In this document: piece after piece, positions 12,668 through 27,100 of the stretch
Position numbering within the stretch: the stretch's first letter is position 1
Layout of the letters: each line of letters starts with the position of its first letter
Source: Fimbriosthenelais zetlandica
Taxonomy: Eukaryota
DNA length: 64,000 nt
Reading direction: 5' to 3'
Assembly (NCBI GenBank): GCA_977030845.1
Contig: OZ365116.1
Span: 17,670,001 to 17,734,000 of the forward strand
The notes under the pieces: generated by a model
Told to the model about the DNA's origin: nothing
The model's database searches: none
Seen by the model: the letters and a program-made list of their open reading frames with translations, nothing else
Position numbers and translations under genes: made by a program

Positions 12668-14280
12668 CGTGTGATTAGTCCAGTCCGTTCGTTATCGAAT
12701 CTTGGCTGTTAGATGTTCGCCCCATGAGAGAGATACATTTGTGTCTACTTAGCGCTAAGTCGGACGCTTCCTATGTTCATGAGGCGAAAATAGACGGCAG
12801 ATTATCGAGCTAATTGTGAGCACCTGTCAGCCCCCGAGCGAGCTGCTCCTGGCTCCCATGTGTGGGGAGGCCGTATTCTCCTTATTTCCAGTCTTACTTC
12901 TATTGTTTCCCGAAAATATTTATGCATTTTACTCATATGCATGAATCCAAAATTAGCTGTATTATACAATAGCTTTTTGAGGGAACATTAACCATTGCCT
13001 CTCTGTCACTTTTTAAATGAGTGAGCCATGACTTTATTCGAGGCCAGGCTTATTAAAGGGGAAATACGGTGCTTCTCCCCACAAACGGTTAGTTGGGAGT
13101 TAGGTATGTGACCCTAAACTGAAGAATCTCTCTCGCTATACAGGGTGTTCATTTATGTTAAAAACAGTATTTGGGCAGGGGCATTTCCTGATGGATCTGT
13201 TTGTGAGATATCTTAGAGGGATTACTTCTCACCAGGTAGAAACTAACCACTTGGAGGGGCAGAAACATTCATGGTTTCTAGTGGGAGGGAAATGAATCGC
13301 CTCCAGTTTTGTACCATTAATTAAAACAATAGTAGACGGATAAGAACTGATATATTATATAGGATGGCTTTTATAGACATCATCCTCTCTATAGTACTCT
13401 CCTATAGACAATGATTTGGAGGGATATGAGGAAAATATTAGAGTAGTGAATGGAAGTAAATGGGGTAAATGAGCAACACATGTACCAATTGAAGTTGTCG
13501 GGAATGCTCTGATGCTTCCGACAATGCCCAGTCTTAATACCTAATGAAAACATATCTCATCGTGCCCCCAGGGAACTATATACTACAAATCTACCATATC
13601 TCCCATTGATTCTCCACCCTATACCGCGTCCACATTGAACACCAATTCTCCCTGATCACACGCCTCTGTTTATTTTCTCAAACCCCTTGCCATTTGCTTG
13701 TCCGGAACCTAGTGTTTGCTTGTGGTCCAAGTCGGAGCTTTTGTAATTTGAGTGGTGAATTTTAAACATCGCCAAACTAAAAAGATTTCAGATGCTGGGA
13801 CCTAACCACAGGGAGGATGGGAGAGTTGGGATAAACAGAAAATTGCATGGTGAGACCTTGTTGTTTTCCTTGCCCCTTCCCCACCGACCCCACTAATCAC
13901 CTTCATATACAGGGGGAGTCGGGTATAGAAGGAAGGTCAACAACCCCAGGGGGATTGTGGAAAACCTATACCTATCAACGGTAATTGGCATTCAATTTAA
14001 ACTGTCAAATGTCCGCAGTAACACCCTGGGCTCTATTTTCACAGTAATTGACCTTAAACTGCAATTCTCCTCAGTTAAACCCATTGATGTATGCAGTGCC
14101 AGGTTACAGCTACAAGTATGGTATTTAATGAGGGGACTACCTAGTGGCAAATAAATGAATAAATGGCTATGGCATTTAATCAGGTGAATAGCAAAGTAAG
14201 ACTGTATTAAACGCAGCATTATTTCTTTCCCTGGGTGCTGTACATTGCATCCCTGGCCTTTCAAGCTTTGTAACGCTTAA

Positions 14281-14395
14281 CCAATCTGGCCTTTAGGTGT
14301 AGCAGGCTTCCCACCACCAATCTGCTCTGCCTGCTGCGTGGGCTAACTACAGCAGTCCTTTATATATCCCAAAAGATCCGCAAATCGAATCATTC
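14281..14395 (+). promoter_or_regulatory. Candidate antisense core promoter inside an MRF intron
   Basis: CCAAT at 14281 and 14317, TATATA at 14361 and Inr-like TCATTC at 14390, whose A is 31 nt from the TATA start. Confidence 0.35.
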
Positions 14396-15121
14396 ATTGT
14401 CAGGCTAGCAAGGCCATTAGTTCGGATTCATTTAAGCTAAATTTGGCTCTGTAGCCTATTATATATTATGTATGGGATCTCAGATTTATTTCTGGGCTAT
14501 ATTATAAATTTACGCAGTATCTATTTACCCATAATGGACACCCACTACCAGGTGAATTGTCTCTCTCAGCATCTCTAGCAGCTCCTACCTAACAGTCACC
14601 CCAACCCCCTATACACGCGCCAATACTACACATCCAAGTCTTACATGCCCCCTCTCCTCTTATCCCCTCTGTTGTCTGTTGGAAGTGTCTGGCCAAAACT
14701 AGCGGAGGACCATCTGGACAAGAACCTCCCACCACCCTAGAAAAGAATCAAAACAAAGTGGATCCACCTTAGAGAAGGTACATGCTGTTAATGCTCTTTG
14801 GTGTCTGTTTGTATGGACTTTAGACAAGCTGGCCGGAGAAATGGATGGTCTCCTTTCCTGGAGTGTGTATCTATAGGTAGACTTAATTTATAGCCCTAGG
14901 TTCTATGTACTTCTAGCACGAGTCAAAGTAAACATCATTAATTTCCTCCTGCGACCTGGTTAATTCCACACCTGGCTGGTTCCTAGCATGATCCAGCAAG
15001 GTGTGGTTGATAGATGATCCCAAGCTTAACACCGAGGAGAAACATTCAATATTCTACTGATTGACATTCATACATTCACTCATTCTTTGATCCGTTCATT
15101 AAATCTCGAGCTGGTACTCAC

Positions 15122-15197
15122 CGTTTGAATGGAAAGAATTTGTTGACGATTGGTACTGATGAAGTTTGTCACCATAGAACTGGGTACCGTTCATTGT
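15122..15197 (-). CDS. MyoD: MyoD-family MRF, short 76-nt middle exon
   Basis: Acceptor ttttgttttttttttgtttcag|ACA and donor AACG|gtgagt. Phase 0 in and phase 1 out bridge the bHLH exon and the helix III exon exactly. Encodes TMNGTQFYGDKLHQYQSSTNSFHSNG. Confidence 0.88.
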
Positions 15198-18100
15198 CTG
15201 AAACAAAAAAAAACAAAATATATTATAGTGATTCCTTATTGAATCTCTCCGCATAGAACTTGCTGTGAAGATTTAAGGTAACGTTGAAGGGTGGAGGTTT
15301 GGATTGCATCAATAGACTGCCTTGACTTTCTCATTTGAGGGATCACCTTTACATGTTCCCATCAGTTGATGTAACCACCATGGGAGATACCACAACAAGA
15401 AGTTTAACATTTCCCCTCTGACCCCTGCAAACCATCCAACCTCCACTAATAGCCTTCATATTATACACATGCATGCCATAGTCTATACCAGCTAGAGGGG
15501 CAGATATAGGTAGAATGTAGTCTTGTCCTGGCCCTCATGCCTAGAGATACAGTTTAAAAAGCTAATGGTTAGATTAATTTCCCTCTACTTTGCACACAAG
15601 AAAGACTATGGCTGCAAATTTAGATGAGGGATTCCTGTTTGCTAATCATTCTTATTATTAAAGACACTGGAGGCTTTGGCAAGTTTATGTAAGGCCCTGG
15701 AATGGCCTCAGAGATAGAGAATTCTAGGTTTGGATAGTCAGCTCAATGTCATGGACTGGTCATGTAATATGCCATTATGCCTGTGGGAATGTCTAGGCTT
15801 GGGGCATGGCTAGTGTCAGTACAAAGTGACTGTGAATGAAGTCTATAAAGCCTGACATCACTCCAAGGTGGATCACCAAGGCAGACCTCCCTCCTTACAT
15901 GCTTTGATAAATGGGAAAAAATCTTAACATTCTTTCCAACTCACATTTGTTTCATGTTCTCCGAAACCAATCTGCTTAAGAAAAATCTGTGAGAGCTTCC
16001 ATCCAACTTAAAAAGATCCACTCAAGAGGTTTAACAAGACTGTTGGAATTCCCGTTCCCATGGCTAGAGCTAATTTGCGCACAATGCAAATGCATTCATA
16101 ATTTCAAAATGTATGAAAAATGAACATGTCCCACTAGTGGCTGACAAATTATATGAATGTGAAATGTCTTTTCAGGCTTGCATTTCAAATAACATAATTC
16201 CATATAGAAAGATTGTAGGTTAACACTACAAGGCCTTCCTTTAGGGAATGAGCTTCACATCTATAGGCTGCTGTATACTGGGCCCACCTGGCCAGCTTTG
16301 GCCTTAGGAGAGTTTGACATTACAGGTAAACCACTCTTCAGCTTGAGCCAGCACAGGGAAGCCATTATGTGAGAGGGGAGGCCCGGTGCAACCCACACTG
16401 CCAATGTTCATTAAAACTACTGGTTTATCCCCAGCAGGGTCCATCCTACAACAAATACTACTCGTGTTTAACCCTTAACATGTATACAAGCCACATATCT
16501 TGTCTATTATGTACATGGTAATGGAAGCCTGTCATACCCAGCCCTCAACTCTTCCCATGAATGATTCTAAAAAGAAGCAACAGCTTTTGAAATCAATTCT
16601 CTTTCCGTCAGCTGATATCTTTACCGATATCTTTTAAAATTATCTAAAGAATCTGTGTAAGTTATTTTCTTCAACTTCTATTGACACCCTTAAAGGTTTT
16701 GGAATGTTGAAGCTACTTTCAAGGTACATTAATACTTGAGTGCTGTTATGAATTGTATAGACATTTAGTTCCCACAAACACCTATCAAGCCATAAACCAT
16801 AAGCCCTCTTCAGTAATTCGTCTACAGTATACATGTGGATGAACTTGGAGCTCATACTATGAGAGCATTTTCCTAGAAAACAATACTGTGAAAATCGTTA
16901 TCCCCAGAAACTAATGGAGCCACTAACCAGAGAGCCTTTCTCTATGTCCTGATAGCCCAGCAGGCTTCTTGTCCCCTTCTACCTATGTTAATCTATGGCT
17001 CCATCAACATGATCAACATGAGGAGCAGGGAGTCATTCTCCCTCCTGGCAAGATGCTTATGCAAACATGCCATTTAACAGAGCATTGACTTACCCAGTGG
17101 CCAACTGTAAGTCTACAGGTGGTAGCAGTTCTATAGCATTTAACCTGGGCTCCTGGAGGGAAGGAAAGGGATCACCTTTAGTAGTTATTACATCTGTGAA
17201 TTGTTAGGATGGAATCTGCTGGGTTGTATAGTCTTCTAATTACTTTGTACATCTGAGAGTCCCCGATATAAGCAACAGGGAACTGATTGATGCTCAACCC
17301 TGTGGAGAGACTTGGGGAAGTAAAATAGAAGGCAAGATACCATTACAGTAGCAGAGTAATGACTATTATTGCTACTTCTTGAAACTCTCCATCATTTGTA
17401 ACAGTTTAAGAATTGTGCATAGTTGTATAACTGTTAAACTAAAAAATAACAATTTGGTTGATCTAGGGTGTGATGGGCTGAGGAAAGCCCGTGGCTTGTT
17501 AGCTTGTTTGTAGCTTGTAGGTGCAAAGTGGCGTTAGTAAAGTGGAAGAAAGCCTTGAGGTGATATTTCATGGCTGCCTCTTCCCCCTGTGGCTTCACAG
17601 CGGTTCACTTTAACCCCAGACCCATCGTGCCAGACCTAGCTGAGCAGCGGCAAGAGCTGCAGGCTGACAGGAGATTTCTCTACCCCATCTCAGACAAATT
17701 GATAGGTACATTCAATGTATGTACCATCTCGAATACCAATGGTTCCTTAGCAATGCCACAAATGCAGATTCTCCTCCAATACCTGCATGTAACTCCAGTG
17801 TGGTTGCATCTGTTTGTAATATCAATGTATACATTTTTACATATTATACATCAATAGCCATATTATTGTATTTGATTGCTGACTTTGTATAATGAATGTT
17901 GGGAGCCATCCTGTATGCACTGTGATGGTGTACATGTGTGGGGTAGAGCAGTAAGCTTTTGGCCTGAGCTATAGGATGAGCCGTTGAGGAGTTGCTCCTG
18001 GTGATTGTAGGTTGGGATATTGTATCGTATAACACAGTCTGCTGGTGAGGGATTATAAATCATACACGAGGTGTTGATGGTGATTGATAGCTGTATAGAC

Positions 18101-21100
18101 CCTATTTGTACTGCAGTAGTTTTTACCCTAATTTCTGAAGGGAAAAGTTCCCAAAATTATATTTTTTCAGTGTGTACAGAAACACTAGCAAAAGGTTGCA
18201 ATATCCAGAGATTATGTCGATTTTATTCTTTTGATTCTACATGCCTAAAAAGTACGCTTTTTATGCTTCGACCACCCTCGAAGCTGCATCGAATCTGGCC
18301 TCCACATCAACAGTTAGAAAAACCCTCCTTAAAACAAACTTTATGCACCTGAATTACCCCCAAATGACCAGGACATTTCCACCCCAGATGAGATCCTTCC
18401 ATGTATTTTAGTCATGATCCTCTAGCATGGCTAGATTGGGCCCCACATCCTTGCCCTGGGGCCTACATTTCCTCAAGCTCTTCCTGGTTTTGAGCTCAAC
18501 TGTCCAGTACATGTCAGGTGAAGAGGCCTTTCTAGACAGACAAGCTCATGTTTGTTTTTACAATTTATTTTACTTGATATCATTTGGGAACATCTCTTGC
18601 AATTGATTCTTTGGTTGTCAAGATTCCCATGGTACTACATGTATTCGGGTTTTAGGATAGTAAAATATACCCGAAATTAAATTGAGAGGAATGGAAATTA
18701 TAGACAGAACGTGCATGCTCTGAGGCTTTGTCCCTCCAGGGTTTTCTCCTGAGGGTGGAGGGGGTCAAATCTTAACCCCCTGTCTCTGGGCATCGGTCAG
18801 AGCTCTCAAGCACACATATTGGCCTCAGGATGGAAGGCATTGGCCACGCGTCATTGAAATTGAGGGGAATGCCCTCCAGCCATAACTCTTAAGGTCAAGT
18901 CCTCTCTTAAATGATTTTAACCTGATCTGATACATTATAAATATATTGGCGTGATTTTTGTTCCTTGTATAGGAAACAAATCATGATCACAAACATTAAC
19001 TTTGACATTAACTTTGCAGCAATAAAATGCAAGTTCTGCATTGTAATTTTATATAATTTTAAGCAAAGGACCATAATATACTGATGTATAAGAATATCAC
19101 GTACATCAAAAACTGTGTGCACTATGAACTTTTTGACCTATATTCTTGTACTTTCCCATCTATAGATATTTTATCCATTTTGATGTGTGGGATTTATATT
19201 AGTTTAGCATACAGGAGTGAAGGATAATTGTGAGTGACTGAATGTTTAAGACTTGGCATCAGACTGATTGACATGTGTCCCCATGGCGGATTGTAAGGAT
19301 CCTGGCCCGATTTTTCTGTCCATTCCCATATAGATAATAAACACCCGCGGCCCACACTTGATACAGCTTCTGAGAACGGCTGAAAATGGGGTCGATAAAG
19401 TAACATAGCGGGAAGCTCTCCCTACAATGTAATCAACTTATAATGGACATGGTTATTCTGGAAAATATTTATAAAGAACACAATAGTTATCTTTATAAGA
19501 CAGGCAAAGCCTTACAACCAGTTACCAGGAAAATGGGTCATACTTTTCAATGATAAGCAAGTTAATCCTTTGCAAGTTATTCCAATGCAAAAGTTGTCTG
19601 TCATAACGAGGGCATACTGTAAGTGAATCAATTTGACATGACAGTCGTTTGCCTGGCTCTGCAGGGAGGCCAAACTGGTCGATGTTGAGCAGCCCAATAA
19701 GCATATCATACTGGTGAATGATCAAAGAAGGAACTGCTCCGATTATTCCGTTTCCCTCAGGGCATTTCCTGCGCCTGTCCATCCCTTCCCCCATGCCTCT
19801 TCCCAAGTTATCTACCCTCTCATTCCCTATATCTATCCTATTCCTCCTGCCTTTTATTCCCTTTTCCCCTATCCTTCATATGTTCATCTTGTTTCTATTC
19901 CCTTATTTTGGCCCACTTCCTCTGTATAGCGACACAGAGAGCAGCTCGTTTATGGAGGAGTAACTCTGTGTGTGGTCAAGAGCGAACGTCCGGGTTCCAC
20001 TGATCCCTCGCGCCTGCCTACATGCTTGATTGCCTTCTGTCCAGTCAACCATGTCCAAGTGATACCAATACTTTACCTTGGACTATACCTGGCGCCAGGC
20101 GTCTGGTCAAGGCAGGGTACATGAAAGCATCAAAGCAGTGGTCAGTTGTCATCAATGTGGTCCACTGGACATTGCAGTGACCGTCGGCCCCATCTCTGAG
20201 GCAGTAGCTAAGACCGGAAGTGGTGGCCTGGTCACTTCCTGGGAAATCTTCAGTGGTTATTCGCGGCTGAGATATTGGTGGAAATCAGCCACAGAATTGA
20301 GGTGCCTTGGTGCAGACCAAATCTACTTTAAACTAACATTGACACCTCGAGTAAACCACTGATAAAATCAGGCTTGAGCAGTATGGCACTGGTATGGAAA
20401 TAATAGGCAGGCGCTGGTCTAAGATTTGCCCACTGACGTAGAATATGCCCCCAAAGGAAATCAACTTTCCATGGATTGCTGTTGCATGTATTATGAACAT
20501 GCAAGAAAGCACGTAGATGCATTAATGGAAAACGACAAGTCAAACCAATATTTTCTATTAAAAAATCAGCCAGAAAAAATGAACAACATATATTTAATTC
20601 AAAACATTGCCCTCCTGCACCTCGGTAATAGAAGAGTGACGACGGATACAAATATGAAATTTCACACCCTGTCATATAGATTGCCTGCACATGGGCAAAC
20701 CTCCTCCTATGTTGATGTACATAACACCACCCCTGCCGGCTTTTATATGATGTACCCCAGACCCGGGCCTGGAATCAAGTGTTGAACAAACCAATATGAA
20801 ATCAGTTATCATTCCATCCCATATCAAATCATGGGGTGTAAATAAATCTGTGGTCTCTACACTTGGCTAACTGTCACTCTTCCATCTAATGATTCAGTTC
20901 ACTTCAATTGATTCACCGAATATGTGAGAGCAATGTATAATGTTATCCACCTTGTATGTATTTGAAACTTGTATAATCTATGCCATCTACTCAGGTTTGT
21001 AGTTTGGTGACATGTAGGCCTATAGGGAGCTAACAAGTGCATGGTGGGCTGGCTTTGGTGTGAAAAGAAATAATAATGCCCGATGCATTGCAAAAGGTGG

Positions 21101-24100
21101 AAGCAAATTAGAAACAGATATGTACTAAGTATATAACCAATAGTCAGAGAGAAGCTGATAAGATCTCTGTATTGGCATCTCAATGATCATCTCTCTCTGC
21201 TTCCTAATAGTTTGTGATATACATGTGGTTTGTGGCTTTTTACCAGTAATGACATTCATCATCGTTCTGCTTGTCTCGCTTGGTCAATGTCCACATATCT
21301 TGAGCATGACTAACGCTGTTGGTGGCTGGATAGAAAGATTAGAAAAAACATGCCCTCACCACTGTGACGCTCATACCCCACTACGATTGTCAACAGCTAT
21401 CAGTAGCAGGGAGGTAAAAAGAAAGTTTCACATTTCCACACGGTTTCCCACCAGAGATGTTTATAAAAAATACAGAGTGGATACGCGAGATACACAGAGG
21501 AGGTCAAGTTCAGAGCTACTGGTGGGGTATAAATTTGGATCCTTTTTGATCCCGCTGTGACATAAAAATGACATCTCTCAGATATGGGGATAAGAAATTA
21601 ATAAGTAAATACCACCCCTGGTTGGGGTATTTACTGGCTTTGAGAGTTCTCACAGTAGTAGTGCTGGCATGGCAATCATTTTGTGTGTGTGCATATATGA
21701 AAGTACCCCTACAAGCAACGAGAGTACCCTCTGCCGATATTGTATAGGATTTTGCATGACATTTTAAGCAGGAAGACATGAGTTGGGGGAATATATATCT
21801 GTCATATTTCCTATGATCTAGGTGAGATAGGAAAAAAATGAGAAATATAACCAATATGTCGTTTCATGGCTGATATTGGCCCGTGGTCAAAATTATGATC
21901 ATTGCCCATGCATGCATCCAGCCTATCGGACGTTCATTATAACTATTTTTCAGCTATATGTAAACAGCTTCCCTTCACTATAGAAGTCCAAGAGTGCAGC
22001 TGAAGACCAGCTCACGTACAGACAACTGGACTCTTTCCCCTATGCTCCTCCAGGGTTGAAATTTTTCCTCCAGGGCACTGGGTTCAGAGACATTAATCAT
22101 GTCGGAGGTATGCTTACACACCCGGCTCTCTCAAACCTGACTGCCTGGCCAGCCTGTGACAGGCTTCTCTCTTTGTAGTGTGGAGATCAGAGAAGGAGCA
22201 GCAGGAGGAGGGGTAGCAGGAGGAAGATGGGTTGTCAAGACTTGCTGCAGTCCTTTATTCCATATATTCAAAACCAACTAAATCACAATTGTCAATTTCT
22301 TATGGGATCAGGAGTGATTATGCATTGATGTGATCTTTGCTTGGAAGGCTTAACTTTCAATGAGAACCTGTGAATAAATCTCCTTATAATGATTGAAAAA
22401 TATTATGGACATGGGCTAGACGAGGGTTTGTTACAAGTTTCTTCCCATCTCTATACTTCTTCTTCTGCCAGAAGAAGTCTCAGTACAAACAGGGCCAAGA
22501 TACTCTCCACCTGCATATTGGTTGCTTTGTGGAATTAAAAAATGCGGAAAGGTTTAAACTTGAGAAGTCAGAATTCTTGTCCTTTGATCTTCTTTCCAGT
22601 TCCAAGATTTCTTGGCATGTTACTAAGACCTAGTTCTTTATTTCCTATGGAAATCCTGATTCCATGATTCATACAGAAAAATCCATAATTATCAGTGGAT
22701 AAATAAAATGATCAGAATCAATGATTCCTTAGATTACCTGAGTTTCCCCTTGGCCACACACATGAAATATCCCAACCACATACCTGAGTTTTTCTTGACA
22801 TCATGTCCAGTGATATTATTTTTATCACTTTGCAGTATTAAGAGGAGATAGAGGGAAATGAAAGATAGTTATAATTGAGTAAGACAGCAGCCCACCTCCG
22901 AGATGAGTAACTCACTCTTTGATAACCCATTTAACACGAGCTACATGGAGCTTCTCGATCTGCTGAGATCATGTAGGCCTTCTGCTGCGGGCTTAAACTG
23001 CCACGAATTCTACTACGAATTCCTCATATTAATGTAATAGTGATAGCATTATACCTTGGAGAAAATCATGTTTTTTAATATATATAAGATTGCCTTTAAC
23101 CATCATCCAATGATTAGAAATTGAGCTTCTATTTGTTGTGAAGGTATACATGAATCATTGATGAAATTTGTTACCTGCATGTGTGACATTTAGGTAGCAT
23201 TTTCATGTAAATTATGTATCTCAAGACTCGTAAATTTCATTTGCCATGTTTTCCATTTCTATGAGGAACTTAAAATAACAAAGGAGAAAGAGGTTCAGAC
23301 CTTTCAGGACTGGAGCGTGTAATTGACAGTGGAGTGGGATAGGCAGTGAATGTAGAGTAGTATGTGAAACACATCCCTCCATTGAAAGTCAATCAACCCT
23401 GGATGAGGGCACACAGGGGCAGGATCAACCGTGGAGGTGAGATTGGAGAACCAGGTGGGAGTGGGAATGATGGCATATACAGCTTCAAGGTGTACGCCAT
23501 GGCTTCAAATGGTGCATATAGACGGATGTCTACCCACCCCTTGTACCCCTTCCCTACAGGCTGGTTAAATTGACATCCAGGCCTGATAAAGCACCAGCCA
23601 TTCAACCACACCTTTACAAAAAATATGCTATAATATTCCTCTTCGTATCAATGAATATACACAAGTATTTCATATCATATTAAAGCTAATGTAATTATTG
23701 GCTTATCATTAGCGACCCTATGTCTGTTTTGATGTAGATAGTTGAGGTGATACCTTCCACCCACTCTATCAGACCTCGCCTCTCTATTGGACTATTGGGA
23801 TCACCAGAGCCTGCTGTGCTGCCAATCAGCCTTCCTCCTCCTCCAGGGATTGAGCGGACGCTGGTAGGGGATCAGCATGGGGAGGCTGGCAGCTCTTTGA
23901 TCTTAAAGATCCAGACTTTTACTCTTCTCCTTAGTTTGAACCCCGTGGCCTGGCTTATACAAACCACTGACAGGCGAGAAGGCATGGAATGCTTCTACCA
24001 TTCCTAGATTACAGCTCCCTCCAGATCTTTTAATTTCATTTAAACAATATATGGACGGTGGAGATACTAATTGAAGGCAAGAATCAAGTTGCTCTTGTGT

Positions 24101-27100
24101 TCATGTCTCGCAGTGTATACACTGTAAACCTATAGGGCTTGTTCTCCCCAATACACCACCACAATATAGGAATACACCACAGTGTATCTCTTATGGTATA
24201 TATAGGGGTGTGATAGAGAAACCCGCATCAAGCTGAACCCATAACAAACACCTTGACTTGTCCTCCAGGGTTTGTTATTCTTGGTGCCTTGGTGTATTTT
24301 ATGTTGGTTAAGGTACATAGACACTTGAGGCTACATCTTCATATAATTACTCCAATTCTATCACACTCTGCTTCTCTGGACCTTTTAGACTGTACATCAA
24401 ATCCCTGATGGGGAAACTGTATATTTCTGTCATCATTTAACCAAAGCTATACTACTTAATTAACACCTAAAATATTACAGTGCTTTGGTTTATAATGGGG
24501 CAGGCCTGTCATCAGGTCGTACAGCTCTAAATATACACCTCTAATGATATATAAGCATCTTTAGGGAGAGGTGTGGAGCTGCTCGTATGGGTGCAATATG
24601 CTCCTGGAGCCCCATCTGAGAAGGTGTCTTCTCCGACACGTTTCGTTACAAGAGCGCTGACGGGATGGCCTGTCTACGGTAACCAGGGCCACATGGTCCG
24701 GTCAGCCATCTGGCCAGCAGGCGGCCTCCCGAGAGTCCCCCCTAAATTTGAAAATTGCTAATCCATGCGCAAATAATATTACAAAAGGAAATTACAAAAT
24801 TATATAAAATGCATATTTTGCCGAAAAATAAATGGATGATTTGGTAGTGTAAATCCTCATATTTTTCTGAACATTGTGGCATTCAGTGGCTTCATTAACA
24901 GTGGCTTCAGGGTTGGCTTCAATTGTAATTTCCAACCTGGATATTTCCCACACAGGCAAAGGATTTTCCCCCCCTATATAACCCAGGCTGAACGAGGGTT
25001 TGCTCACTGAAACATTCAGCCTTGCACATATATGTAGACCACTTTTAGAATTAAAACTCATTAATAGGCGCATAATTAATGCTTATTTGGGTTAAATTTT
25101 GCAATATTGCTAATCATCATTTTTGTGTATGGAATAGCCCTACATTATAAAGCATGGGAGACTGCCTTCCTATACAAACAACTGAATCTATTTCAGTGTC
25201 ATTGGGTGAATCAATTGCGGCCCCCATGTATGAAGTGTCATCGCGACTCTTTTTTAAGAGACACTAGGTGCACTTTCTACGTCGCCGACTCCTCACAAAA
25301 CTCCGCCTTGTTATCGCGGGTAATACGTCGAAATTGATAGCAAGATGAAATGTGTTTCTGTGAGGGCAGACCCAGCAAAGTGGCTCCAGATGTGACGGCC
25401 GTGGGAAGACTAGGGGAAGAGATGAGGCAAGAGTGGGAGAGGGGAGACAGTCAGGCTAGCTAGAGCCACCAACGTCAACCTCCCATCCCTTCCTCCCTCA
25501 TGCATTTTACCCCTCTTAAAACACATGAATTATCTTGCCAGAATCGTTAAGATTCAGTTGACCTATGCCATGTCAAGCATGGAAATGTACTGAAAGTGTT
25601 TAATTTAAGAAATATATCTCTTATATAAATCCTGGTTGTCATTTTCATGCTGGCAAATTTAAAACTGTAAAGTTCAAAGATGCTCTCGCCTGACTGTAAT
25701 TTCTTGAATCATGTAACCATTAAGAACCCATTTCTCTTCTGCCCATCCCACCACCTCCCACTACCTGCAGTTTCTTTATACACACCAAATTGTTTGTGAC
25801 AACAATTTAGCCAACAAAAACTTTCCATATTTCTTCCCCCACCACTCACTCCCACATACAGACAGAAGCAGTCTTATCCCGCTGCTTTATGGGCTTTCCA
25901 CCAGAGCCTAAGATTCTTAACTATAAAACGAGTGAGTTTTTTGTCCAAATATTCATAAAAATCATTTCCCAATTAGCTTCTATACAAGAGGAATACAACT
26001 GAAGAAGGCATAATTATTCAGAGATATTGAGTGAATAATTCTCATATTCTCATATGAGTGAATAATTCTAATAATATGAGTAAAAAGACCAATGATATTC
26101 AGTTTTATCACCCAAATCCAAGACTCAACTGTTTTTGGCCTAAAGAGTAGCAGTGGGATCGCTACATGAGAGTGATTAGTATGGAGCCCCCATATGCTCC
26201 TCCTGAGACTGACTCTATGTAGACCATTGGTAATATGCATGTACTGGAGGCCTCCAGTGTGGAGCCCTCCACTCCTCCATTTATCTCCTATCTTGTCCTC
26301 TCAGTGGGAATGTGTCGGGATGAATCTTCTCCCGAGCCTGTCACACTCGACCCAGCTTCTCCAGGCCACCCCCTGCCCAGGAATGGCTCAGTGAAGAAGT
26401 TTTTTTTATAATATAATTTTTCTTTGCTTTTTATGTTGTTTGGTCTTTAACCTACGACTCACTTACCACAGTCAGTGATAGTGCGGGAATCTGCTTTCTA
26501 GATTAGCTGCTTGGTTTATATCACCATGAATTTCAACTCAAAACAAGAGGAGAAAAGCTTTGGTATTGCAAACATGTGTCGTATTGTAAATGTGTTAATC
26601 AAACCACAGTGATGTGTTGTAAATAGAGAGAATGGGCGTGTTTTGCTTATCTAGATTCTTTATCTTACCCCTCGTACATTTCCCCTCAGTCTCCTCTCTG
26701 ACACTTACGAATTGCTGCCGTTCAAATAACTCAGCTCTTCATTTTTAACAAGCAAAATCCTGAGTCATTTATTCCCATTATGGGACAAGCGGCATTACAT
26801 ATCCTTTAATGGAATGAAATCAAATACCTCCAATGCCTCCTTATACAAGATAGGCCATCAATACAAACTTTAGAAGACCTAAGTGCCCTTGTCTGAAGCC
26901 TACATGGCATTCTTTTGTAAGATATATGTCCTATATTCTGTGTTAAATGTGTAAATTTAAGTGGAGGTATAGAGCAGGTCTAGGGGAGAGTGGTCATACA
27001 TTATAGACATTAAATGTGAGGTCGTGACGGCGTCAGTTAGCTCCTCGTGCTCATCTCAAAGTCAAGAGCTACTCTTCACTTTTATCATGAGCAGCTCGAG

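Noticed and set aside
12871-13070. Possible pogo/Tc1-type MITE (CCGTATT ... AAATACGG ends)
   Set aside because: Only 7 bp of inverted identity and no clear TA target duplication.
19944-19990. Hairpin ACACAGAG...CTCTGTGT as a possible pre-miRNA
   Set aside because: The stem is too short and interrupted (about 11 bp) for a miRNA precursor.
20426-20785. 119-aa plus-strand ORF inside an MRF intron
   Set aside because: No domain similarity and no exon-like boundaries; its length is within the chance range for a 64-kb six-frame scan.
23364-23573. ORF containing YSFKVYAMASNG, reminiscent of fibronectin type III
   Set aside because: No other FN3 hallmarks and no compatible splice sites or partner exons; likely chance.
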